A DNA stretch of 64,000 nt from Lingula anatina. Taxonomy: Eukaryota > Animalia > Brachiopoda. The notes beneath the pieces were generated by a model that was not told the DNA's origin, ran no database searches, and saw nothing but the letters and a program-made list of their open reading frames with translations. Every line of letters starts with the position of its first letter. Positions within the stretch are counted from its first letter, which is position 1. The translations under genes and the position numbers were made by a program. Shown here in pieces: positions 39,501 through 61,413 of this stretch. The stretch spans positions 16,802,001 through 16,866,000 of the forward strand of contig CM120640.1 of NCBI GenBank assembly GCA_051362555.1. The letters run 5' to 3'.

Positions 39501-40020
39501 TTAAAAAAACTAAAAACAGAAAACGAATTCTGAGCAAAGTTAAGTATGTATGTGAATTATAAGTGATCCATACTTGTTTCTTCTTTCCAATATTTATCCA
39601 AAATTCGCTTTGAAGGATTTCTGCCTGTTTGCTGAAGAACTAAAAACAAATTGCCACATTAGATATAGGTTTTATTTAAAGTTTATATACATATCATATA
39701 TATATATTCATACTTGTATTTTACTTATCATTTAAATGTCCTCTAAATAAATGATAAGAGGATCTCTGCAAAACACTTTCTCAATTTTTTTTCAAATTTC
39801 CAAACACTTATTATGACCTGAACAGTTTATAAAATAGGTTTTGCCACTGAAAATAAAACTCACCCTGCTGGAGTTTACTTCGAGATGTAATTTTATCATC
39901 TGTGTCATCAAACACAGTAAAATAAGCCGCTTTGCATTCATAAATTAAATCTTCCTTCTTGGATTCTGCAGATGAAGCCCTCCTGCCTGAAGAGGGTCTA
40001 CTGCTAGATTTTCTGGACAT
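25524..40020 (-). CDS. EFCAB7: EF-hand calcium-binding domain-containing protein 7, up to about 999 aa if all candidate exons are used
   Basis: Conserved exons: 40020-39864, 39639-39574, 39374-39229, 39023-38937, 38416-38287, then 29754-29654, 28836-28698, 28407-28298, 28139-27982, 27618-27485, 27130-26982, 26764-26642, 26292-26203, 26052-25945 and 25598-25524 (TAA). Fourteen phase-1 symmetric exons lie between 37627 and 31292. Motifs GRNPS, DLNGDGFI, DENKDGKLDY, SKGCFFLEEDGSIISHQY, TTGCRLRK, LSDIFEMADLDGNGLLS and DLWVTLQSMGYNK match human EFCAB7 as recalled. A non-coding first exon probably ends at 41310. Confidence 0.93.
27280..27453. mobile_element. PIF/Harbinger (Tourist-like) MITE in an EFCAB7 intron
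   Basis: About 30-bp TIRs GGCCCCATTCAGAATAGGGGACTAACTAGTC / GACTAGTTAGTCCCCTATTCTGAATGGGGAC, with a TAA TSD at 27277-27279 and 27454-27456. Confidence 0.85.
33576..37363. repeat. Tandem duplication, 2 x 1,894 bp, containing five EFCAB7 exons
   Basis: 33576-35469 repeats at 35470-37363 with a constant offset of 1894 (identical ORFs at 34228 and 36122). I saw no differences by eye. Both units begin in a (TA)n tract. Confidence 0.95.
38486..38826. mobile_element. Degenerate MITE with GGG...CCC ends (Harbinger-like) in an EFCAB7 intron
   Basis: Imperfect TIRs of about 30 bp: GGGACACTCCATGGGATTCTCCCACCAAAAT / ATTTTGGTGGGAATTCCCATGAAGTAGCCC. Confidence 0.6.
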
Positions 40021-40182
40021 TCTGTGTCTGTAAACGTGAAATTTGTTCTAAGTTTTACTGAATTTCATGTACTAGAATCACAACAAAATAAGCCCCTTGA
40101 TTCAAAATATCCAGCTTTACTTCAGTAACATTATAGCTATATAATATATTTATTTTCATTTGCAGGTGCTGGATATCACGAT

Positions 40183-40215
<33 letters not shown>
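40183..40215. repeat. Poly-G run of about 33 nt
   Basis: Seen directly; it explains the poly-Pro tail of ORF 40176..40448. Confidence 0.9.
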
Positions 40216-40436
40216 CTGTTTGCTCCCCACACCCTCCCTCCCTCTCCTCTTTCTCCCTTTGTCATGGTGGGTCTTTGATATGTTATTTCGACCACAATGA
40301 TATTTTTAAAATGGGCGTTAGGGCAATTAAACACAAATAATATGTGTTCTGCATTAACTGATTGTTCTTGCAATCTATCATCTGCATTTATGTTGTAGTT
40401 AGAACGTAAGATACATGCAATGTTATTTGACGTTAC

Positions 40437-41222
40437 GGGGTCCGCCACATAGATAAACGTCCCAATAAAATATTCGCCCCGATAGATACGTCTCTATACA
40501 TACACGTCTCAATAGATTTACGTCTCGTTAAATTTACGTTCCGATAGATCCACCAACGGATTCCTATAAACCCACGTATCTTTAGATCCAGGTACTGCTA
40601 GATCCATCTATCTGACATCGTAATCGGCTAAAAGGCCCATATCAACTTGCGTTGTGAACTTTAGAACACATTTTTATGTTCTTTTTTGTTTTGTTTTGTT
40701 TAGAACACATTTACATGTAAATTCAGAACACTTTTTACGTGTTCGAATGTTGCATTTTGAGAACGCTTTAAACAGTGTTCTGACGCTAGAACAGTAATTA
40801 AGCGTTGTGAAATATAGAACACACTTTTGTTCTTTTTATGTTCTTTCACTGAGTATTGTGTGAAAACGATCTAGTAGAATAATATATTGCTGACTGCGTA
40901 CTGCCGTTTTAAAGAAGTGAATTTTATGTACTGAGTAGTAGCCTATACCAACTATTTCGAGCAATAGTGTACCTGTAATGGATCTATCGGTATTTGGATC
41001 TAAAAATACGTGGATCTATAGGTATGCGGATTTAAAGGACGTGGGTTTATGAGGACGTCATATCTATAGGAACGCAAATATATAGGACAGCAGAAAAAAA
41101 TCGGATCTATCGGTATTTAAATCTAAAAAGACGTTTTTTCCGTTTTTCCTATATGTATCTATCGGTAACGGGAGTATAGGGACGTGTAATATTTTGGGAC
41201 TAAATTTTATCCGTACGTACCC
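40437..41222. mobile_element. Foldback-like non-autonomous DNA transposon in the EFCAB7 5'-UTR intron
   Basis: 8-bp TSD GACGTTAC at 40429-40436 and 41223-41230. Termini GGGGTCCG... and ...CGTACCC. The arms are built of inverted short modules (ATAGATAC/TAGATCCA on the left, GGATCTAT/GTATCTAT on the right). Confidence 0.75.
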
Positions 41223-42366
41223 GACGTTACTATGTACAAATCAGTGCATAACTGCACATAACTGGTATTTTCATCACTTCCATGAAAACTTTACAGAACA
41301 TTTACTTACCGCTGTTGTATTATATTTATAAGACGTAAGAATTGTCTGGTTCAGCCCATATTATCAGTCATTTACATTCAAATATCAACCTTAGAATCAT
41401 CATCTACTGTTTGTTGTTGCTGCGCAAAAGATGTGCGCAGGTGTTCCAAGACAAGCCCAACAGTAACCTGCACTCTGTCCTAAATTTTACTTTTGTCTGA
41501 CAAAAAATTTTAAACCAACTGCATCCCCTGTATAAAAATTGTGTTGCTGATTTTCAGCAACGACTTGTGTGGATGATTAACAATTGTTACTTTGGGAGTA
41601 TCAGCCGTTTCATGCAACAATTAAAAATGATAGCTCTTTTCAGTTATTTTGTGTGTTCTCTACTTGCTAATCTACTGTTACATACCCAGGGGCCTCTCTG
41701 ATTGTCTGCAGATTGTTTTTGAACGATTTAATGCCATTTTTACTCATTTAAAATAATGCATTTCTTGGGATAGATTATTTTAATGAACTGATGTAGTTTT
41801 TAAGAAGATTATACAATCTTTAAACATTAATTTATTTCTGAGAATATTTAATGTCGGGTTTCAAGATTTCTGCCATACATACATGCATGAACAAACTTTA
41901 TTTCTTAATTTTTTGCAGATTTTAAATATTAATTGGTCTATGAATTTTCTGCTGATTTTACGTAACTGGTTTTATCATCTTTGAAAAGACTAATTATTAG
42001 ATTTCATTTTAAATAATTTAATTTGTACAGAGCAATTTTTATTGATTTATTGTAACAATTTGTTTAACATCATAAATTTCATAGTATCCGTTTCACATAC
42101 TAAAAGAACACATTTATGGCTTAATTTTTTGTTTGCTTACTTTGAGTAATTTGCTCCTTTGAATAGATTATGAAATATAATTTAAATGGACTGGCCTAAT
42201 TTCTTTAAGATATTTCCTCATAATTCAAGTAATTGATTTCTATGAATAGATTTAAAATTAAAATTCTTATGGAGATAAGTAATTAGTAGTTTTTGCAGAT
42301 TTGATTTTAAAAACTGGTTTTATGTCCTATCACTTTTTTGCAAGATTTAATTAATTGAATGTTTAA

Positions 42367-42703
42367 AGGGATAATAACTCTTCGTTTTGGCCAAAAAATG
42401 GATTTTCCTGGAGTAAACAACAATTTCCCCATACTTACCAATGGTAAATGAATCCATTTTTACATTCAAAGTTAGTCCCAGGTTTTTTTCTAAAAAGTTT
42501 GGTTTTTTGTTAAAATCTCTTAAGAGATTATAACAGAGTATAGCCATCAATGGAGGTCACGTGGGCTGAAGACAAGCTCAGATATCAGAATAACAGCTAT
42601 AACTGCCTTTTTTGTGGTAAAACAGTATGTATTATATTTCTATGAGTTGTTTACAATGTTTTTATTGTGAAATATAGATCTCATACGAAGAGTCATTATC
42701 CCT
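42367..42703. mobile_element. Kolobok-like non-autonomous DNA transposon, copy 1
   Basis: TTAA on both sides (42363-42366, 42704-42707). TIRs AGGGATAATAACTCTTCGT / ACGAAGAGTCATTATCCCT. Purine-starting TIRs with a TTAA TSD fit Kolobok better than piggyBac. Confidence 0.8.
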
Positions 42704-42945
42704 TTAACTTAAACACTCAGTAGATTTCACTGAATGAAAGTTCAGCAATTTATGTATGATTTAGTTTTAAATAAAGTGTATGCAATTAAGTACCAAGCAC
42801 TCACACATTCTATTCTTTCATAGATTATTTTATTATTCTGATCACCATTTCCATTAGTCTTATCGCTTTCAACCTTTGACACCACATTCCGTTACTGCCA
42901 AAGCTAATAAGTTTTGCTTTAAATTTACTGAATACCATTTGGTTC

Positions 42946-43253
42946 CAAGTTAAGGACATACTGCTCACAGTTAAAGAAATGAAATGGAGGTGGGCAGGAC
43001 ATGTCAAAAGAATGAAGGACAATAGGTGGACAATCAGGCTTACAGAATGGACCCAAAGGTATGGACAAAGAAAAAGAGGAAGGTCGGTCAAACGCTGGAG
43101 GGATGAATTAGATGACTACTGGAAGTCTTGGAAGAAGAAACCTTGGCCAAACTGGAAATCTGAGGCTCAGGATAGGAAACAATGGAAAAAGCATGCGAGG
43201 CCTTTGTCCAACAGTGGAACACTATAGGCTCTAAATGATGAATGATGATGATG
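42946..43253 (+). mobile_element. 5'-truncated RTE-clade LINE, 3' end
   Basis: ORF 42979-43227 reads KWRWAGHVKR...RWTIRLTEW...KRGR..KRWRD...AQDRKQW, typical of the RTE ORF C-terminus. It has a (GAT)n tail and a TSD ATTTGGTTC at 42937-42945 and 43254-43262. Confidence 0.88.
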
Positions 43254-44263
43254 ATTTGGTTCAAGAATTTCCTTTGAAAATTGACTTGATGTGATTATCA
43301 TCATTTGCAACAGTTACTGATTTTTGTGATTTTTTAAATGTCTTTTTGTAATGTTTTACACATAAAAGCTTTACCATAATTTCATCTTAAGTGACTTAAG
43401 TATATGATTAGGAAGATTTCTTTTGAACATTGGTATTATCAGATCATTTTTTAACTGTGTGAGGTCTCTACAAGTACATTTGTCTGCTTTGTGGTGTAGT
43501 TTCTTTTGAGATGCACTTGGTCAAACTGGTTATACGATACACGTTATAAAAGTCTATTAGAGTTTGGAAGGGATGTGCTCCTCCCAGTTATTGTATGTAC
43601 CCCCCCCCCCAAAAAAAAAATAATAATAATAATAATAATGAGCAAAATGATACAAGCCAAGCAATTTTTCGATCTCTCATTTTGTCCCTTCATTCACAAA
43701 AGTTTATGCCAGCTCTTTTATCCACTGGCTGTGTATCCAGTCACCAAATGTACAATTTTCAGAGCATAATTTTTGCCATTATCCATCTCCACCCCATTGC
43801 TAAATCTTTTTTTTCCTGAATTGTGAGCCATATCTTCCAATGTGCCAGATGTTAAATATCAGAATTAACAACAAACACTGAAATGGAGTAATAAAGCATT
43901 TTCTTTCTCAAATTAATCAGTGATACATGTATCACACACTATTTTCCAAGGTACAATTCTTTAGACGACATGCCTGAAAAACTGTTCATTGCTTGTCAAA
44001 TACTTCTCATGTCATTTTTTTTACATAAATCCCTTGTAAATACCAGCTTTTAGTCAGCATCACCACAATATCACTACCTTTCCTTGCAATCCAAAAAAGT
44101 GACAATTTCCCTTTTTGTCCATTGCTGTTAATGCATAACCAAAAAAAAAAAAAGTTTATGAAGACAAAGAACAAGTAACGTATGCAATCCACACAGCACA
44201 GTTCTGAATTACTGTCAAAACAAACTCCAAGAAGACATCTGATGATGCACCTTAGCTTTTAGT

Positions 44264-45704
44264 CTACTTCCCTAAGTAACATGGGGCTTCGGGATTTTCC
44301 ACATCATATCTAAAGGTATCTATCCTATAATAGTCATCTCTAAGTGCTCTGTACTGACTAAACAAGGGATAGAACAATGGAATCCCATGGTGGTAGTGGT
44401 AGAGAAGGTCAGAGACTAGGGCCAAAGGAATGGCACCTGCCAGTGATGTTCGGAGAACAGCCAAGGGTGATGTTTTTAAAAAACTGAGGAACTGTGACAT
44501 ACCAATGCTAGCTTTACTCAAGCTCTTACCAGAATACATCTGCTGCTTTCGCTGTGTATCAATTTCATACGTTGCCACTTGTGCAACAAATGTAGTTACC
44601 CAAGCAACAACAAAGCGTGACATAAATGGGTGCTGAAAGAAGATTCCATCTTGGTTGGTAGACATGTATTTAGCCAGCTTGGTTTCTTCAAAGACGGTAT
44701 CATACAACCCAAGCTGAATCCCCCTATACAAGGCAGCTCCAGCAACTGAGAGCACAATTCCTCTAGACAGGGTGTGATAACCATCCATCTTGATAGCATT
44801 CACTAATCCACCATTATATCGCTGGTGCGGTGTAAGTTCAATTTCTCCTTTTACCACTGCTTTCCCATCTAACATTAACCTCAAGCGGGCTACATCATAT
44901 GGATGAGCTGCTGCCTGGCCAACCGCTCCAGCAATTGCCCCACAAATGACATGGACAAACACGTTGGTATCTCTGTTAGGGCGTATCCTCTTTAACATTT
45001 CACTGGTTACAAAGGTAGCTCCAAGGTTTGTACCAAATCGCAACATATTGGTAAAGCTTCCTTCGAACAGTGGCAATAATGCTAAAAAGGAAGAAAACAA
45101 GAGTTAGTAGTCATGGAGCAACAGCTTGGTACAGTACCCTGGAAAATGGTCAGGATAATTGATCCTTACTTACAGGAATGAAATGCGAAAAGAACTTACT
45201 TTTAAGAAACTGTGCATGCGAGCTTACACATACTTACATACACAATGAAAAATTTGCATCTTAAAATCTTCAGCAAAATGAGACGTATATGGGCTGTTGA
45301 GATGTTTTGTACAGAGACAGGTCAATCCCAAAAGAAACAGTTCTTGCCACAATTCCTTGGAAAGAAGGCATTATGTGAGAATGATGTGGAAATAATGCAA
45401 AACAAATCAGTATCAAATGTTATACTGCAGTTAACATAAGAAAAATTATCTTACCTCGCCTTTTAAAGTCAGTCACATTACGTATATAGGGCCACATAGA
45501 ATACATAGATGGTGGATTGTATCCTTGAGTCTGGATGAAAGCCTTGCGCATGGCCATCACGCTGGTCGGCCCTGCTAAGACACCTGAGAAACCACCTGCA
45601 CCTCCAGCTATAACCAGACTTCCAATGGGATGCCCAGTAAAATTTTCATATTTCTCTTCCACTTTAATCCCTCTAAAAATAGAGGGCTCATATAGATCGT
45701 CCAT
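44264..45704 (-). CDS. Highly divergent mitochondrial carrier (SLC25), ADP/ATP translocase-like, about 355 aa
   Basis: Exons 45704-45455 and 45081-44264 join in phase 1 (1068 nt, no stops). A probable 5'-UTR exon ends at 46211. Segments align by eye to ANT: LFEGSFTNMLRF~FWRGNLANVIRY; HPYDVARLRLMLD~YPLDFARTRLAAD; DGYHTLSRGIVLSVAGAALYRGIQLGLYDT~[44 protein letters not shown]~YPFDTVRRRMMMQSG. Confidence 0.85.
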
Positions 45705-46299
45705 CTAAAAATAGAGTTTAAAAAATTAGATTTTAACATGGTGATCAGAAACTTTCGATTAGTATTACATACAGAATCTCCATCCAACTAGGCTCTATCT
45801 CATTGCATAGGGTAACAAATATACTTAAATATATTATCATAGCATCAGAAAACTCGCTGATCCATCTTTTTGTGATACCGAATCCGGATACTGGTAATAT
45901 CATATCTAGACTGGTGTTATACTGGTAATTTTATTCTTAACTCCAAACATTGAGAGTAATGTAAAAGTGACTATAGTAGCTAAATAGCTAAGTAAAAATA
46001 AGCCTAATTCTTGCTAGACCCTTTGATTTGAAGGTGAATGTGTTGATTTGTTCAGATTTATTGCCAGCGTTTTGATGTCAAATAATAATATACACATCAT
46101 CCGGACAACAACTTTATATTTAAAAATATGGTATTTACGCAGCGTGGTTGTTGCAAAGTATCAGAAACTAATGTCAAGCAGATATATTTTTATTGTCGTG
46201 AAGATCTTACCTTTGGAGCCGCTGCTGGAAGCCAACACAAATGTCGGATTTCTGCGAAGCATAAAACGATGATGTCATCAAAAACTGTGAAGCGTTATG

Positions 46300-46509
46300 G
46301 CACTGTCTAACTATCGCATTATAGAGAAAATAAGAAAGATACATTATTTGGGACTATTCCATAATAAATCACATTTTTTCATGTTATATAAGTATATTTC
46401 TCTGTTACCATTTTTTATTTCGGCAATAATTATTTTTTATTTAAACATACTTAAAAACTTTGACACATGAAACAGGCGCGACTTTGAAGCTATTTACCAA
46501 ATAGGCAGC
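46300..46509. promoter_or_regulatory. Probable bidirectional promoter between the ANT-like gene and CTR9
   Basis: The minus-strand first-exon donor at 46210 and the CTR9 ATG at 46510 are only 300 bp apart, in divergent orientation. Confidence 0.6.
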
Positions 46510-57503
<10,994 letters not shown>

Positions 57504-58971
57504 GATGTTGACTATGAATATAAAAGTGGCTAGTTTTTAGAGTGACTTAGTTGTAATCAATTATTTTATAACCGACAGAGTGATAAAGTTGTTTTAGATG
57601 GCGAATGGATTTATGGTGTACACTCTCATTTAGTATATTTCTTTAATTTCTTAAGTTGCAGTAAAACTACTTGCATGCAATGAAACAACACATTACTGAA
57701 ACAAAGAAAAACGCAAATTTTTGCCTGAAAAATTAGTCCTGTGAATAAAAGATGACGAAGACGGAGTTGAATATTTTCCTTTATTTGTGTTCTACCTTGA
57801 CTCCAGTTTTTAGACACTGGAATTTAGTTTTAAAAAATGAGGTTTATTTCACCCCTCTCTGAACTTGACTCTCCAGTTTCTATGTTTTTAAGTAGGGTTT
57901 TAACCATTTAAAAAGTAGTGAGATAAAATAAACTACAGAGTACCAAATTTTCAGAGCTGCCTTTTTTAATACGATTTACTGTGTCTGCAACCTTACATAC
58001 CCAACAACCTGAAAGGGATAGCTTCCAGTTTCTTTGATAGTTATAATTTAAAAATACCACATTGATTTTATTTTATGGGAATGCGCCTAATAGAACATTG
58101 AAATCCCAGGTGTGAATACATTTTGTTTCCCCATATAGATACTTGAAATATAATCTAAAAGAAATTCACCTGGATTGAAGTTAAATCAACGTTTTCAAGT
58201 GTAAAATTACATTACGTCTATTTCCGTTTTCTCTCTATTAACCAGCTAGTGATAAAAGGAGGTAAAGAATCTGTCAAAACCATCTGGTGGAAATGTGGTC
58301 GCATTGATCGGTTAAATACACTTGAAAACCTAGTATGGATCGCATGTCCCGCGATCAATACTACCTGGTTTGATAACCAATGGCTGTTTGTCGAAGCATT
58401 ACCTGACCGCGTCTGAATAAGAAATTCACTACGCCATTGTCTTTACTACGCTACCAGGACTGTATCGATTAAGTTAAGCGTCTCGTTATTCCTCGACGTC
58501 AAGTTCGTCTTGGTAATTAACTTTAAATGTTAAGAAACGCTTCGACGTGAAATGCACGCAGGGGATTGATCGATAACAGGAGGAACCGTGTGTATGAGTT
58601 GGAAGTTCATCATTCTTAGCATAAAAATGGCTAGTTATGGGTATACAAATATTGTGTCGCGACAACGGCAACGCTAACGATTTTTACGTTAAGTGAATAG
58701 TAGGCTTCGATTTTTGACACAACGGCTGTCATACGATGTTCGGTCTAGTTGAATAGGTGGGTCGGATTTCAGTGGAGAACAAGCGAGCTTGCCAAAGGTT
58801 GCCAGGAAGTTCTATCTGCCTCGCGAATAAGACGACTTTGATTTGTTTCAGACATGTAGGAAAATAGAAGTGGACAGAACTTCGTTCAAGCTGACCTAAC
58901 TGAGAATTTCAACCTACGTTATTTAAGGCAAAGTTTCGATCAAACGATTGAAATATACTTTTGCAATAATC

Positions 58972-59037
58972 ATGGCCGAGATAATGGAAGCTGAGGGTAT
59001 TCAAGAGAAACTGAGGAATTTAACGCCAGAAATGCAG
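58972..59037 (+). CDS. Probable first coding exon of an unidentified gene (MAEIMEAEGIQEKLRNLTPEMQ)
   Basis: Good start context ATCATGG, strong donor CAG|GTAAGT in phase 0, and a CpG-enriched region upstream (about 58300-59000). I found no convincing next exon in the window. Confidence 0.5.
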
Positions 59038-59121
59038 GTAAGTTGACAGTGCGAAGGCGACTAAGATTTCCGAAAGTTACCACGGGTGTAGCTGATAAGC
59101 TGTTACCATCATGTGTATTGT

Positions 59122-59290
59122 CAGGCCCATAGCCAGGGATTTCACAGGGGAGGGGGTCTTTTTCTGATAAAGTAGACCTTTAACTCAAGAACCATGAGAT
59201 CTTCGTGAACATAGATCAAATTTTGCCAAGAGTGGGCCTTTTCCTGGCTAAAAAGAGCGGTTCATTCGAACCCCCGTGGCTACGGGCCTG
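59122..59290. mobile_element. MITE-like element with CAGG termini
   Basis: TIRs CAGGCCCATAGCCA / TGGCTACGGGCCTG (one mismatch); TSD not resolved. Confidence 0.6.
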
Positions 59291-61065
59291 ATTATGGAAC
59301 GCTTTACCAACTGCTTCCACGCACACCTGTCAGTAACGGAGTGCAAAGCGATTCATTTCACTTCTTATGAACCATTTGCGATTATTCTTCGGTCTGAACG
59401 CGTGTTTTTTTTTCTACAAAATCTTCATATGTTTCATATACAAATTGTTGACGTTGAATTCCCATTTTTCTAGTGTAAAATGATGCAGGCATTCAGTTTC
59501 ATATTTTCGATTTGCTGCGGCCAAAAGAGAGCATCGTCTTCTGGATATGTTTTAATATTTCATGGCCAAGTTGGCTTTTTATTCCTTGTTACTATCTCAA
59601 TCCCTTGTATTTTCTCATCATTCACATCTGATAGAACGAATACTAATTTTATTCACTATTCTGGAGAGAAATGGTATTGACGCTTAAAATGTTCAGAGAG
59701 TATTATATGCCTGGACTGGCAATAAAAAAGATGAAAATAAGAGAACACCTTCCTGTGTCGTGCATAGCGACCAAGATGGGAGTTTCTACGAAAACAAAAT
59801 TTATTAAAACGGATCCATCTTAAACAAATATATAACTCCCATACAACAAAGATTTAGTTCGATTTATATAGATAAGAAGAAAAATAGATTAAAATCTAAG
59901 AGACCAACGCGTGGTTTGTAAAACTTTATTGACTGTAGATTGTTGATTTGCTTAAGCGAAACTCTCAAGCAATAGTCTAATTTTGAAGTCAAGAAGCTAT
60001 TTTAATCGTCCTTGTTAAATAGCTCACTTTCCTGGAACATGCAGGCTGTAAAGTATGATTGATATTGACCTAATTTGACAACCAAAAGTGCCGTAAAACT
60101 CTGTCTTTATTTTGAAAATTACAAACGAACAGCTGCGTTCCCAGATCAAAACTGTTCCAGTTCATACTGTTTGTCCCGTACTCGCAATCTTGTCTTGATT
60201 ACCCCTAATCTTTTTGCAAGAACAAGAAAATATAGCTTCCAAATCATCTATCCTTTTTAAAATCCCATGTAAAGTGGATGTTTGAAACTAACCATGTTAT
60301 TTATCATTAATACTGCCTTGAAATACTTCAATATATCTTGGACGAATCAAACGTTTTATACGCCCAAGAATAAATCAAATTATGGGCGTGCACAAGTACT
60401 TTGGTTATAGATTTTGGCCAACAGTTTTTACGTGGACAGTGTCTCCATTACGTGTCTGTCTGATAAAACTGTCTGGCACAGGTAACAATATGAATATTAA
60501 AGGGGTAGGCCTAATTTAATGATCGATCATATAAAAATCAACTTGATCCTTCGTGACCTTCGACTTTGCATCTAATACCACCAAATTTAATTCATTGTAT
60601 TGGGTTTTATAAAAGGTCGAAGAACCGACTGATCTGAGAGCAGATATTGGCAAAAGAAGCTTGCCAATCAACTGCAAGTCGATGAAAAAAATTGTGGGTG
60701 GGTCCCTATATGCTGCTGTATAAACGAATGATATTACTTGAAGATTGAACATCTTTTTTCTGTTCTGAACAATGGTCATTTGCCTGTTAGACCAAACACT
60801 GTTTTTTAAGCTTTTTGACATTTCTTCAATTGAAACAAAGGCCTCAAATATCGTATCGTAGGGATAGAGTCGATTTTGAACATTTGTAAATAATAAAAAG
60901 AGTTTTGTGAACATTGATTGACTAGGATATGCTGCATCTCAATCATTTTCATTTTTTCGGTTGTAAAAAAAGTAAGAGAAAACAGAGACTCATAATCGCC
61001 CTAGTTTGCAATGGATTTCTTTCGGGGAGAGGGAAGTCTAAAATGTTACCTGGACAACTCATTAA

Positions 61066-61413
61066 AGGGATAACAACTGTTCATTTTGGCCAAAAAAAAA
61101 AAAAGAATTTTCCTGGGATAAAGGACAATCTTCCCATGCTAATCAAGGGTTAACGAATTCATTCCCACATTCAAAGCAAGTCCCTGTTTTTTTTTTTTCT
61201 AAAAAGTTTTTTTGTTTGTTTGTTTGTAATATTCTTTTAAGAGATTGTTACAGAGTGCAGCCATCTATGGAGGTCACGTGACGCACAAATTCCAGAATAA
61301 TTGCGCTAACCGCCGTTTTGGTGGTAAAATAGAATTTATTATATTTTTATCAATTGTTCACAATGTATTTTTTTGTATAATATAGATAAATTTTACAAAT
61401 AGTTGTTATCCCT
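61066..61413. mobile_element. Kolobok-like non-autonomous DNA transposon, copy 2 (same family as 42367-42703)
   Basis: TTAA TSD (61062-61065, 61414-61417). TIRs AGGGATAACAACT / AGTTGTTATCCCT. Shares the internal AGAGATT..ACAGAGT..AGCCATC.ATGGAGGTCACGTG with copy 1. Confidence 0.8.

Noticed and set aside
40176-40448. 90-aa ORF ending in poly-Pro
   Set aside because: It is produced by the poly-G run in an intron.
41541-41620. RFX X-box-like palindromes upstream of EFCAB7 (GTTGCTGATTTTCAGCAAC, GTTTCATGCAAC)
   Set aside because: The half-site spacing does not fit the X-box consensus well enough to call.
60516-60914. 132-aa minus-strand ORF
   Set aside because: It has no recognisable motif and no supporting exon structure, and it lies in repeat-rich sequence; probably chance.
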